64,000 nt of DNA. Origin: Octopus vulgaris. Lineage: Eukaryota. Below the pieces are notes generated by a model. That model ran no database searches and was not told the origin of the DNA. It was given only the letters and a program-made list of their open reading frames with translations. A program made the position numbers and the translations under genes. The first letter of the stretch is position 1. Every line of letters begins with the position of its first letter. Below are positions 12,420 through 24,013 of this stretch, piece by piece. Where the stretch lies: NCBI GenBank assembly GCA_951406725.2, contig OX597817.1:63240001-63304000 (forward strand), written 5' to 3'.

Positions 12420-13238
12420 TTTTCCATAGTAGCAATGTTATAAATCATAATTCATTCCCTGACAAATATTTTACCTCTAAAATTTATAATTTTTTTGCTG
12501 CTCCGATATCAGCACTCGAGTCTTCATGCACTTTGATGGAATGCCACCCACGTCGAATTTTAGATTGATCAAAGTATCCTCTGCTTATAACAAAAATTTT
12601 GTTTGTGTCACCTTACATTTCTTGAAGCATGCTGAAAAGAGATAATGCTTTGTTACAAAGTGATGCTTGATTAATATTCATATACATGAATTGTATTTTG
12701 TCACTTATTCATGCATTTAAAAGTGTTTCCATTTTCAGATTAATGCTTCCAGCTTCTCTTTTATGAGCCCAGGTTCATTGCAAAGGTTGTACATTTTTCA
12801 CTTGAGCAAAATAGTTTTGTGCAGGCAGTTGATGAGTTCAGTGAAAATTTGTCACAAATGTTTTTCACAATTTCGTTTTTACAATTTCATACTTTGTTTC
12901 CAAACTGATGGCTTTTCATTTCTTTTTATTCCTCTCGGTGTCCATTGTACTCTTTTGTTTAGACATTGGGTGGGTTTCAAAAATGCCAAAAATAATAGTG
13001 TAAATACACATATATGATATGGAATATGGGGTATGCACAAACAAAGACATTGAAATTTTATGCCGTCATTTTACCCCGTTGCTATATGCAGCTGTGTAAA
13101 CATATCAGAACCAGTGTTGCCACATGTTGCAATGTTGCCACACACACAAATTGGCTCTTTAACCTTTTTATATTTATTATAAAATGAAAACTCATAAACC
13201 TGGGGTCTCGTAAAGCAGGTCCTCATAAAGTGAGGTAA
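12420..13238 (-). mobile_element. pogo/Tigger-like DNA transposon, 5' fragment
   Basis: Minus strand gives MDTERNKKK*KAISLETKYEIVKR (HTH-psq-like), KMETLLNA*ISDKIQ...LCNKALSLF (CENP-B HTH-like) and RRGWHSIKVHEDSSADIGAAK; multiple stops. Confidence 0.72.
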
Positions 13239-13415
13239 CATCATCATCATCATCATCAATTAGCGTCCGTTTTCCATGCTAGCATGGGTTGGACGGTTTA
13301 ACTGGGGTCTGTGAAGCCGGAAGGCTTCATCAGGCCCAGTCAGATTTGGCAGTGTCTCTACGGCTGGATGCCCTTCCTAACGCCAACCACTCCGTGAGTG
13401 TAGTGGGTGCTTTTT
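13239..13415 (-). mobile_element. RTE-tail-type retroposon 3' end with (CAT)n
   Basis: Reverse complement of 21450-21622 (ccatgctagcatggg...cggctggatgcccttcctaacgccaaccactc). Confidence 0.8.
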
Positions 13416-13571
<156 letters not shown>

Positions 13572-14260
13572 ATCCGTCTGTCTGCAGCGCTATCGTGAAG
13601 CGCTACTCATTCGGAATAGGCTCTACAGGCATGGCTTGGGAAACATGGGACCGACCTGCCCGAAATGTGGTCAGAGCGACGAAACCGTTCTGCACATGCT
13701 CGTACAGTGTCCAACCATTTCCAACCTGTGGACCTATGTCAAACAACTGCTATCGCGTGTGGGACGAGTTGGTTTATCAACCAAGTCTATCGTGAATATT
13801 GTCGTGCCTCCTTCCTTGAAATGGGAAGGAAGAGCCATTTTCATCGTACTTGTGGCTATGGCAAAAGAACGTGTATGGTGGACGTGTCTGGAAGGTCTAG
13901 AGACAAACACTTTCCTCTCTGGTCAATCTTTCATTAACTTCAAATATCACTTGAAGAGGAAGGTGAGAGTAGAGAGGGAAGTTTTGTCTAGTGAATATTT
14001 CAAATAAAGATGGGTGAATGTAGCAAGGATGGCACATGTGAATGATGTAGCCAGCTTGTGCATAATCAAAAAAAGAAAGGAAAAAAGAGAGTCACTTACT
14101 GTAATGTGTTTTTTTGCATGACATTATTGCCCAAGGTTACCGTGGTCTTTTCCATAGACTTTTCTTTCCACGGATAAACCTAATCTGTTTCCCCTTTTTA
14201 CATTATGACATTTCTGTGATACACAATCCCTATTGATCCCCCCTCTTGTTTCTCCATGAT
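13572..14260 (+). mobile_element. L1/Tx1-clade LINE 3' fragment (ORF2 C-terminal CCHC zinc knuckle and 3'UTR)
   Basis: ORF 13636-14007: CPKCGQSDETVLHMLVQC...W, then AKERVWW and the (F)K*RW end typical of L1/Tx1 ORF2; begins abruptly after a (TA)n tract. Confidence 0.78.
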
Positions 14261-14667
14261 CCCTTTTGATTGAAATGCTACCCCGCTTTTTTTTTCCTCC
14301 CAAAAAGAAAAGCTCTACTTTGTCTTTTGTCCCCTCTGTGTTCAGCTCTGTCTCTCTGCCGACCTGCCTGGCTGTCTACCTACCTACCTACCTACCTATA
14401 TTTCTATCTATCCATCTCCATTGTCATAGAACCCCCCCCCAAAAAAAAAAAAACCAAAAACAGTGTTCTCTTCTAAGAAAAACCCCCAAAAAACATCTGT
14501 TTTCTATGAATGAACAAGCTGTTTGTACATTCACAAAATTTTATTTGACAAGTTCGAGAAACAAACGAAAGTGCTAATAATAATCTTTTTCCGAAATTCT
14601 GACTTTTTTTTTCTCAATATTCAATTTCTGTACATCACACCTAACACTCCATGCACACGCACACATA

Positions 14668-15941
14668 CTAGGTTGTCTCATGAAATGTCGCATTTGGAAA
14701 AGGAAACATTAAAATTGCTTTTTAAGTTTTAGAATATTTATTTATTTAATCAAAATATGATCCTCGTTTATTTATGACCTTCATCTAATGTTCCTCTAAG
14801 GCATATATTCCATCTTCAAAGAATTTGTCATCTTTTACACTGATAAACTGTTCAAATGTTTCAATCACCTCTTCTTTATTTAAGAATTTTTTTATTGCAC
14901 ATAGCAAGCTCAAAGTGTTTAAATATGTGATAATCAGTAGGAGAGATATCAGAATAAGGAGGATGTGCCAAAATTTTATAATTCAGGCTTTGCAACATGT
15001 GGACATTAGCTTGAGAAGTGTGAAGCTATGCATTATCATGAAGCAAAATTGGGCCATCTCTATTTACTAATCTGGGTTGCTTCTTTTTAAATTTTTCATG
15101 CATACAATCAATTTCCTAACAATAGGATGTTGCTGTTACAGTTTTTCCTTGTTGCAAAAATGAATAATGAATAACCCCCTTTGTTGACCACCATACATTG
15201 AACATAAACTTTTTAGAGTTCAATGGTGGTTTTAGATAGTGTTTTGGTGACTCCCCTGCATCTAACAACTGTCCTGTCCTCCTGCTGTTATCAAAGAGTA
15301 TCCATTTCTCATCACACATAATCAGTCGATACAAAAATGGTTCTCTTCCCAACCGAGAAATCAACATGGAACACACTGTAAGGTGTCTGTTTCTTTGAAT
15401 CTCGTTAAGTTGATGGTGAACAGACCTATCCATCCTTTTAATTTTCCAATTTTCTTCAAGTGTCGAGAAGTAGTTGAGGGGGGATGTCTGGAGCTCTAAT
15501 ACAATTTTTCGGACCATTCTCGGATTTCATTTAACCAAAGCATTCAATTCATCATGCCAAATAACTGATTTTGGTCTCCTTCTTGGTTCATTTTTAAGGC
15601 TTTCATTTCCTGAATGAAATCTTTGGAACCATCTCTGAACAGTTCTAATGTCAACAGAAGTGTTACGAAACCTGCTTGATGTTTTGTACAGTTTTGGTGG
15701 CTCGTAGAGTTTCGGTGGCAGAGTAACCCAATTTGTATTTGTACAAGAAAATCACCCAGTATTGTTCAGTTGTCAACATTGTCACAAGAGCTGAGGGTAG
15801 CAATTTTGAATAATAGTATTATCTAGAAAGAAAAAGAGTTAAGAGTAAATACAAGCATATACATAGAAACTCATTAAAAATCCATTTATAGATGACTCAT
15901 ATGAAACACATTTAAAATACATTTCATGTGAGACAACCTAA
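14668..15941 (-). mobile_element. Full-length decayed mariner (DD34D) element, 1274 bp
   Basis: TIRs ctaggttgtctca.. / ..tgagacaacctaa flanked by TA; transposase motifs MCDEKWILFDN, NVWWSTKGVIHYSFL, LHDNA, HPPYS-DISPTDY on the minus strand with stops/frameshifts. Confidence 0.92.
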
Positions 15942-15952
15942 TATATATATAT

Positions 15953-16115
15953 TCTTTTATTCTTTTACTTGTTTCAGTCATTTGACTGCTGCCATGTTGG
16001 AGCACCACCTTTGGTTGAACAAATCGACCCCAGGACTTATTCTTTGTAAGCCTAGTACTTATTCTATCGGTCTCTTTTGATGAACCGCTAAGTTAGGGAG
16101 ATATAAACACACCAA
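15953..16115 (-). mobile_element. SINE family A, 3' part only
   Basis: ttttacttgtttcagtcatttgactgc...aaccgctaagtt matches family A tail. Confidence 0.75.
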
Positions 16116-16171
16116 CCTTACATAGGTCCAGGAAATTCTTACCTCTTGTGGGGTGATGCACCATCTGCTCC

Positions 16172-16965
16172 ATAAATTAAGGATATTATCATTAACATGA
16201 TTATGTCAGTGGCTAGCATATAAAAAAACAACCATATTGGTAAAATGAATTTTTAAGTATATAATTATAAAAATATAATTATAATTAATGACACTAGAAT
16301 GTCAGTGCCTTTTGCTTATATATTGTCAGTTGTACTGATGAATGCAAAGTAATCTTCATTACAGAGCATGAAATCTTGAAATACAGGATTATCCAAAATT
16401 TGTAAATCTTCATGCTCATTTCCTCACATTCAGCCTTGGGTTATAAATAGAGAATAAATTTTGAGTGGATTGCAGGCATTTGACATCTGCTTCTAGTGTA
16501 TAAGTGTTGACATTCCAGTGCCTTTAATTATAAATATGTTCTTACAATTATATACTTAAAAATTAGTTTTACTGGTATGGTCGTTTTTTTATACACTAGC
16601 CACTGATAATGATTATATCCTCAATTTATAGGTATAAATAATTTTGAGTACCCTAGTCATTATATCATGCTGCGGGACTGTATTTGCCCCATATGATTTC
16701 TGACATTAACAACATGGTTGATAGGGATGATTAGATGTAATGTATACATGGGAAATGCATGTATATAATGGTATCTGTATGCAAAAATTTATCGGTATGT
16801 ATATTTATTTTTTGCTTTTATATTGTTGGTTTATTTCTACTGAGGAGTGCAAAGTAATCTTCATATCAGAGCATGAAATCTTAGAATATAGGATTATCCA
16901 AAATTTAAAGATCTTTTGCTCATTTCCTCGCATTCGGCCTTGGGTTATAATTAGAGAACAAATTT
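16172..16965. repeat. Inverted repeat (16172-16304 / 16508-16629) whose spacer (16310-16461) is directly repeated at 16810-16965
   Basis: tcagtggctagc..aaccatattggtaaaa..ttttaagtatataatt versus aattatatacttaaaa..ttttactggtatgg..ctagccactga; gcaaagtaatcttcat..agagcatgaaatctt..ggattatccaaaattt occurs twice. Confidence 0.85.
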
Positions 16966-17599
16966 CCTTTTCTCTTTTTCTCTCTCTCGTTGCTCACATG
17001 TGACCATCGTCCATCTTTCTTTTCCTCACGTGATCATCTTTCTTTTCCTTCAGGACTGTCCTAATGGCTGGATGTATTCTACCTCTCTCTTCTATCTTTT
17101 CTCTTTTCAAAGAAAATATTTCTCTAGCATTCGCTAATTTACCCTCATTCTGGTCTAACAACCCTCCACGTTTGTTTGTGTTCGGTTTCCTTGTATGTCT
17201 CCACTGTCCTGTTTTTGTTCCCAACTTTGATTCTCCATAAATCCAAAATTTTATTTTGGTACTTATTAGAGCAACTGCCTTAGAAGACTCATGTTGTCAT
17301 TCAATGCTTGAAATGAGGAGTAGATAGATGTCCAATAACTGATAAAGCATCGTTCTTTATGTTACTTGTCCTGTTTTCCATTTGTTTCTCTTGTTTAAAT
17401 ATTGAACTCATTTGTTTTCATATTTCGTGTTGTTTACTGTTTGTTGGTGACGTCCTGTACCCATATATGCATATGTATATATATATATATAGGTGAGACA
17501 AAAAATGGGACAACAAAATATCCAGATAGACGATACAAAGAAAACAAGCACAGGGCATTTGGAGTTTTCTTTCTTCAGTTGAGTTCCAGATTATCTTTA

Positions 17600-17631
17600 T
17601 ATTTATATATATATATATATATATGTGTGTA

Positions 17632-17690
<59 letters not shown>

Positions 17691-17989
17691 TGTACACACA
17701 CACATATACACATATACATATACATATATACATACATACATACATACGCACGCACACACACACACACACAGACACACACATACATACACACATACATACA
17801 CACATACATACACACATACATACACACATATATACACACATACATACACACATACACACACACACATACACACACACATACACACACACATACACACACA
17901 CATACACACACACACACACACATACACACACACACACACACACACATACACACACACATACACACATACATACATACATACATATATAT
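17600..17989. repeat. Compound (TA)n/(TG)n/(CA)n/(TACA)n microsatellite
   Basis: Directly visible. Confidence 0.95.
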
Positions 17990-18184
17990 CTGGCTTTGGG
18001 TAAAAGAAAATACAGGATGATCAGTTAATTAAGATTTTATCCAACTTTTCCCCTCTCAGCTTCACATGCTTATTGCAGTGGGCCTTAAGTGTTTCTAAGC
18101 CCTGTAAAAGAACTTGGAAGTTTGGTCCTCCAGCCAAGCCTTTCGTGATACTCTTAAAGCCAGAAACTTTTCAGCACCCCCTCA
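17990..18184 (-). mobile_element. Mariner-derived MITE (about 220 bp family), one end truncated
   Basis: Reverse complement of 18441-18657; TIR aacttttcagcacccc. Confidence 0.8.
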
Positions 18185-18440
18185 TATGTATATATATGTG
18201 TGTCAAGGCTACCATTGGTTTCATGTTAAGAGTGGTCCCTTAAAAATCATCAAGCCTAACTCATGGAACATAGGTGTTCATCTCCATCTTGGATTAAAAC
18301 TCCCATAAATTAAAGTTTTATCCATTAATGTGGTATTTAGCACTCATTCTTGTTTGATATTATCATATATGCATATATATTTATATGTATGTATATATAT
18401 GTGTATACACATATGTATTACACACACACACACGCATACA

Positions 18441-18657
18441 CGAAGGGATACCAAGAAGTTCCTGGCTTTAAGGGTATAGCAAAAGGCCTGGTTGGATGTG
18501 CAATGTTCCAAGTTCTTTTACAGGACTTAGAAAAACTGAAAGTCTGCTGCAATATGTGTGTGAATCTGAGAGGGGAATATGTTAAATAAAACCATAATTA
18601 GCTGATTCTCCTGTATTTTCTTTTACCCAAAGCCAGGAACTTTTCAGCACCCTCTCA
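18441..18657 (+). mobile_element. Mariner-derived MITE (about 220 bp family)
   Basis: TIRs cgaggg..aagttcctggcttt / aaagccaggaacttttcagcaccc..; internal ctgagaggggaatatgttgaataa resembles a mariner transposase end (..GEYVE*); same family at 39304 and 57931. Confidence 0.82.
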
Positions 18658-18983
18658 TATATATGTATACATATATGATACTTGTGACTGAGGAGTACCA
18701 TTATGACCGTTTCCCATGCAAAATGCCAGCAATGCCTGTGCAAAATTTCAGGTCCAATAAGGCATGCGTAACACCTCAAAGACCTTTGATATGATCCAAA
18801 GATAAGCCGGGGCAAGTTAACTTGTGCTATCATCATCATTATATCAGTGTCATCATCATTATCATATCATAATTACCATCAGCACCATGATTATATCTTT
18901 ATTATCAGTATCATCATGAATGTGGTTATTGTCTGAAAGAAGGAAAAATGAAAACAAAAATAAATATTCTATATTTTGCATAG

Positions 18984-19122
18984 GCGGAAATTTGAAACAG
19001 AGATGAAAGATTTACGCAAGAAGCATCCAGATTGGATGTATTCGAATAAGAAAAGTGATGTGGATGTCATTTTAGAAGTGATGCCAACACGCTTAAGACC
19101 AGCAGAGAAACGGAAGAAAAAG
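18984..19122 (+). CDS. HMG-box protein, next coding exon (completes HMG box, basic tail)
   Basis: Acceptor ttttgcatag| at 18983; first G completes the CA|G (Gln) split codon; reads RKFETEMKDLRKKHPDWMYSNKKSDVDVILEVMPTRLRPAEKRKKK; HPDWxY is the expected HMG C-terminal motif; donor AAG|GTAATT at 19123 (phase 0). Confidence 0.88.
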
Positions 19123-20433
19123 GTAATTATGTATTTCTTGTATATTTAGACATAACATGACAATTTGGCAGAGTTATTAGAGCATTAGGTAAAATTCCTT
19201 GCAGTATTTGTTCTGGATCTGTTAGCTCTGAGTTCAAATCCTATCAGAGTCAAGTTTACCTTTTATTTTTTTTTCTAGGGTTGATAAATAAAATGCCAGT
19301 CAAGTGCTGGGATCAGTTCTTATTTGTATCTGTTTGCTTTCCCCTCTCTCTAGGAATTGGTTCTGTTGCAAAAGCAGCTCCCTTAATCCAGAAATAAAGA
19401 AAAGTTATGTGGAGGTTGGGTGGGTGGAGCATAGTAACTTCCTTTCATAGAAAAACTGTTATGTTGCTAGCACTTGAAGAGCAGGCAGTAAGACACTGAA
19501 CAGAAATATAAATATTTAGATGGATAATGTGAACTTTCTTCGTTGTATCCACAGAATTATGAGAAATGATTGAGCAGATGTGATTCTTTCTATTTCCTTC
19601 ATAAAGCTGATTCAGAGAGAGAGGCTATGGTAGAAATTAATCTCATTACTTGACTGGCACTTGGTTTATAGACACTGAAAGGAAGGAAGGCAAAACTGGC
19701 CTCTGTGGAGTTTAAACTCTGAACGCAAAGATCTGGGATGCATACCCTATGATATTGTTTTTGACACTCAAAAGAGTCTAAAAAATTCACCTTATAATTG
19801 TTTTTAATTTTGACACAAGGTCAGCAATTTCAGTGGGAGTGGTTTAGTTAATTACATCAACCCTAGAACTTGACTAGTACTTTAATTTATCAACCCCAAA
19901 AAGATAACAAGGCAAAGTTGATCTCAACAGATTTTGAAGTTGTACATTAATAGTTAAAGTATCACATTAATAATCAACATAATATATGACAAACTTGAAA
20001 CAATCCATGTGCATTAGTACACACATGCACAGAAACCCGTGTGTGTATATAAAATAATGAAGGCAGCTATATGAAATATAAAAACCATAAAAGGAAAATT
20101 CAATTGTCACTAATTTTGACTGAGGGTGCTAGGCAGCACCTATGTTGCTAGAAATAAGAGTTAAAACCCTCAGCTGCAAGAAAGCACATTTTTATATATT
20201 GAGAGGGGAGATAACTGCCCCATAAGTAATACTAGATCAGTAGACTAGCCTAGTTTTGCCTGAAAGATTACAGGCCCATCAGTAGTGACTACTCCAGCAC
20301 TGAATGGTTTGGCTAAATCTGAATGTCTGTATGTGTGTGTGTGTGTGTATATAAATATATATATATTTACCATATAAATGTATATGTCATGTATATATAT
20401 GTATATATTTATATATACATAAATATATATATT

Positions 20434-21918
20434 TGAGGGAGAGTCAAAAATTATATGCACTCTTGATTTTTCAATGTGTTTACACAAAAGCAGGGGATAA
20501 AGAAGTACGTCATTTTTCTCTTTAGTCTCTTTCCTTTCCCATGTACTTGGTCCAGCGGTTTATGAGCTTGCATATTCCCTCCAAGAAAGTTTTTGATTGG
20601 TCGTGCAACCATTTATGCAACTGCTTCCTTCACATCTTCATCTGTAGGAAATCAACCTCATAAACCATCTTTGAGCAGTCCAAAGATATGATGGTCGGAA
20701 GGGGTGCGATCTGGACTGCAGAGAGGTTGTTCCAGCACCCCAAAACCCAATTGGTTAATGGTTTCAATAGTCTGGGTGGCCATGTGTGGGCATGCATTGT
20801 CATGCATCAACAAAACTTTCTTCAACAATAGGCTTTGATGTTTGGTGCAAATTGCTGGCATCAGTGTATTGGCCAGCAAAGCACTGTATATTGCACTGTT
20901 AATCATACACCCCTTTTCCAAGTAGTCTTCCTGTATAGGCCCTTTTTAGTCCCAAAAAACAGTTAGCATCACCTTTCCTGCAGAAGACTGAGTCTTGAAT
21001 TTCTTCGTCACTGGTGAGCCAGGCTGTTCCCACTCCATGCTCTGTCTTTTGGATTCTGCCTCATAATGATAGACCCATGTTTCATCTCCTGTGACTATTT
21101 TGCTAAAAAATTCCTCGCCATCATTGTAGTGATTGAGTAAACATTGGTAAACCTCAAGATGTTTGCATTTGTGCTCTGCAGTAATCTCCCTTCGCACCCC
21201 ATCTTGCACAGACTTTATGGAAGCCAATCTCATAATGGATGATTTGGGCAAGTGAAAATCAAAATCAAAATCGATCAACATCAATGGAAATTGTAGCTGT
21301 GATACCAGTGCCGGTGGCATGTAAGAGAACCATCCGAAAATGGCCATTGCCAGCGCCGCCCCGACTGGCCTCCATGCCGCTGGCACGTAAAGAGCACCAT
21401 CCGATCGTGGCCGTTTGCCAGCCTCGTCTGGCACCTGTGCCGGTGGCACGTAAAAAGCACCCACTACACTCACAGAGTGGTTGGCGTCAGAAAGGGCATC
21501 CAGCCGTAGAAACATTACCAGATCAGACTGGGCCTGGTGCAGCCTTCTGGCTTCCCAGCCCCAGTTGAACCATCCAACCCATGCTAGCATGGAAAGCAGA
21601 TGCTAAACGATGATGATGATGATAGGCAGAATCATCGCTAATCTGCAGAGAATAAGCTACCTCATCACTGATAACTTGCTGGTTCACCATTACCATCTCT
21701 CAAGCTTGCTGAATTGTCCCATTAGTGGTGGAGGTTGATGGATGTCCTGCTCCCTCTTTGTGTGGTTCGCTTGTCCAACCACTTTTAAACTTCTCGATCC
21801 ACTCATAAATCAACTTTGATCACGTGACCACAATAGTACCAATTATAGGCATGCATGTGCAGTGTGACGATAAAGATACGGTATGGTGAAAGTGCGGATA
21901 ATTTTTGATTTCCATTTG
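20434..21918 (-). mobile_element. Decayed mariner element interrupted by a retroposon at about 21245-21622
   Basis: TIRs gtcaaaaattatatgcact / agtgcggataatttttga; motifs KIVTGDETWVYHYEAESKRQSMEW, KVMLTVFWD, LMHDNACPH, CSPDRTPSDHH. Confidence 0.9.
21245..21622 (+). mobile_element. RTE-tail-type retroposon ending in (GAT)n, nested in mariner
   Basis: GC-rich body with repeated gccggtggcacgtaa units, ends ccatgctagcatggaaagc..gatgatgatgat; mariner reading resumes on both sides. Confidence 0.82.
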
Positions 21919-21944
21919 TATGTGTGTATGTATGTATATATATA

Positions 21945-22228
21945 TCACGTGACCGACCAGGCTATCAGATGTTGCTACACCGCTGGTCACAATGCACTTC
22001 GCATTGTTTTAGCCTTCAAATGACGCCACCCGGCTGGGTAAGTGAGCAGGCTAACAGAAGAAAGAGTGAGAGAAAGTAGCGGAGAAAGAGTACAGCAGGA
22101 TCACCACCCCTCCCTGCTGGAGCCTCGTAGAATTTTAGGTGTTTTCGTTCAATAAACCGTAGGATCGAAACCGTGATCCTACGACCGTGAGTCTGCTGCC
22201 CTAACCACTGGGCCATTGCGCCTCCACA
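21945..22228 (-). mobile_element. tRNA-derived SINE, family C (head ggaggcgcaatggcccagtggttagg, tail cacgtgat)
   Basis: Box A/B-like head on minus strand; colinear with 44945-45200; fragment also at 38332-38410. Confidence 0.82.
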
Positions 22229-22350
22229 TGTATGTATATGTGTGTATATATATAGGGAAGCTTTATGAAAATAGACAAAAGACGAAGGCAGGTGGAAAAC
22301 AAACAAACAATTGTATTAGTATGGCGCTCAGGAAATATAAATAAAACAAG

Positions 22351-22388
22351 TCTTTAACGTTTCGAGCCTACGCTCTTCAACAGAAAGA
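22351..22388 (-). ncRNA. Minimal hammerhead-ribozyme-like motif in a ~200-bp insert (22255-22460) between (TA)n tracts
   Basis: Minus strand: TCTTT-CTGTTGA-A-GAGC(GTAG)GCTC-GAAAC-GTT-AAAGA. Stems I and II are perfect, stem III is the palindrome ACGT; core has A6 replaced by U. Confidence 0.6.
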
Positions 22389-22949
22389 TACACAGAGAGA
22401 AAAAAAACACAGAAAGAAGGAGAGAAAAAAAATGCGTGCAGTAACTAACGAATCAACATGATATATATATATATATATATATATTTGTTTATTTGAAATT
22501 CTTTCTCTTACAGACACAAGGTCTGAAATTTGTTGGGTGGGGACTAGCTGATGACATTGAACCTAGTACTTGACTGGTACTTCATTTTATCAACCCCAGA
22601 AGGACCAAAGGCAAAACTGACCTTGGTGGGATAATTCAGTCTAATCATAATGTAATTGATCAGCTAATGTACTCATCATTGTTGTAACCCCTTGACCCAT
22701 TTAGTATCAATCTGCTGAAGACTACTCTTAGTAAACTGTTGACATATAAAATAAAATCATTTTGGTACAAGAACAACATCGGTATAGTAAAATTTCAGTG
22801 GGTGAATATCTTCAAGAACAGAGAGGCATGCATGCACGTGTGTGTGCATGTGGATGTGTGCACGCACACACACATAAACAAACAAGCAAAGCACTCTCTC
22901 TTTACCAGTGACTCTGAGTAATAGGAATGTTTATATGTTTATATTTTAG

Positions 22950-23044
22950 GTCTTAGACATATTTGATGACATCCCCACTAAGAAGAAAATAATGTCGAAG
23001 AAACGAACATCGAAACGTATTCCAAGATGTAAAGAGAATGTAAA
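22950..23044 (+). CDS. HMG-box protein, third visible coding exon (basic, NLS-like)
   Basis: Acceptor atattttag| at 22949, phase 0 matching previous donor; open reading VLDIFDDIPTKKKIMSKKRTSKRIPRCKENV(K); donor AA|GTAAGT at 23045 (phase 2). Confidence 0.78.
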
Positions 23045-23447
23045 GTAAGTTAATATTTCATTTCTGCTTTGAACTTGGGTGATGGCTTACATTCCAGCTT
23101 TCAGCCAGTCAGACCAATAACAATTTAAAAAAAATTTGATATCCTGGATACATTGAGATTTTGCTTTTTAACCCTGAGTTGGCTCTGATCAAACAGGCCT
23201 ACTATATAAAAAAAAAGATGTTTCCGCATATAATATCTTTAATTATAGGCCTTCTTATCCAAGGCTGGACTGTCTTATTTTGTATATCTAGAACTAAATT
23301 TGTTCAACAAAGATGATGGGGTGCAATTTAAGGAAAATCGAACTGCTGTTTCAAAATGTTGTTCAAACCCAGGTCAACCTTAATTGAAAATATCTTAAAT
23401 TAAAGTCATTTCAACTTTGACTATACTTTTTTCTTTCAGTTAATGTA

Positions 23448-24013
23448 TTGGGTTGTCCGGAAAGTTTGTGCCGATTTATAGTAGCTTACCTCTCGACTTA
23501 TTTTAGAACATGGTTGAGTTCATAAAATAGGATTTGACTACACCTCCATTTAGAGCACAGTTTAAGCTATCTTTTCGTGGAAGAAGGTTTATGTTCCCTA
23601 TAACCTGTGTTAATTCTGTAACCCTTTAAAATGGAAGATAAGAAAGTTGATTTTTGGTACTTGATGCTTTGGGAACCAGACAAAAATTGCTGCAGCTCGG
23701 CTGGGATGTGTTACCCCACCCTCCATATTCACCAGATATTGCTCCTTCGGATTTCCACTTATTCAGGTCTCTGCAGAATAGTCTTAATGGTAAAAATTTC
23801 GATTCATTGGATGCCATAAAAAGATACCTTGATGAATTCTTTGCCATGAAACCACCTCAATTCTGGGAAGAGGGTATTTTCAAGTTAAAGGAAAGATGGA
23901 GATGCATTGTGCAACAAAACGGTTCATATTTGGTTGATTAAAATGTAATGGCAAGTATTTATTAAACTTTTTCTTTCCTTTAAAAATCGGCATGAAATTT
24001 CCGGACAACCCAA
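23448..24013 (+). mobile_element. Internally deleted mariner, 566 bp
   Basis: TIRs ttgggttgtccggaaa / tttccggacaacccaa with TA TSD; start MEDKKVDF joined to C-terminus LGWDVLPHPPYSPDIAPSDFHLFRSLQN...WRCIVQQNGSYLVD*. Confidence 0.93.

Noticed and set aside
20946-21590. 214-aa ORF as a novel fusion gene
   Set aside because: Chance read-through from a retroposon insert into a broken mariner transposase.
23019-23036. IPRCKE in the HMG protein as an RB-binding LxCxE motif, given the neighbouring RB-like gene and HBP1's known RB binding
   Set aside because: Spacing is wrong (Pro at the Leu position), and gene adjacency in animals does not imply interaction.
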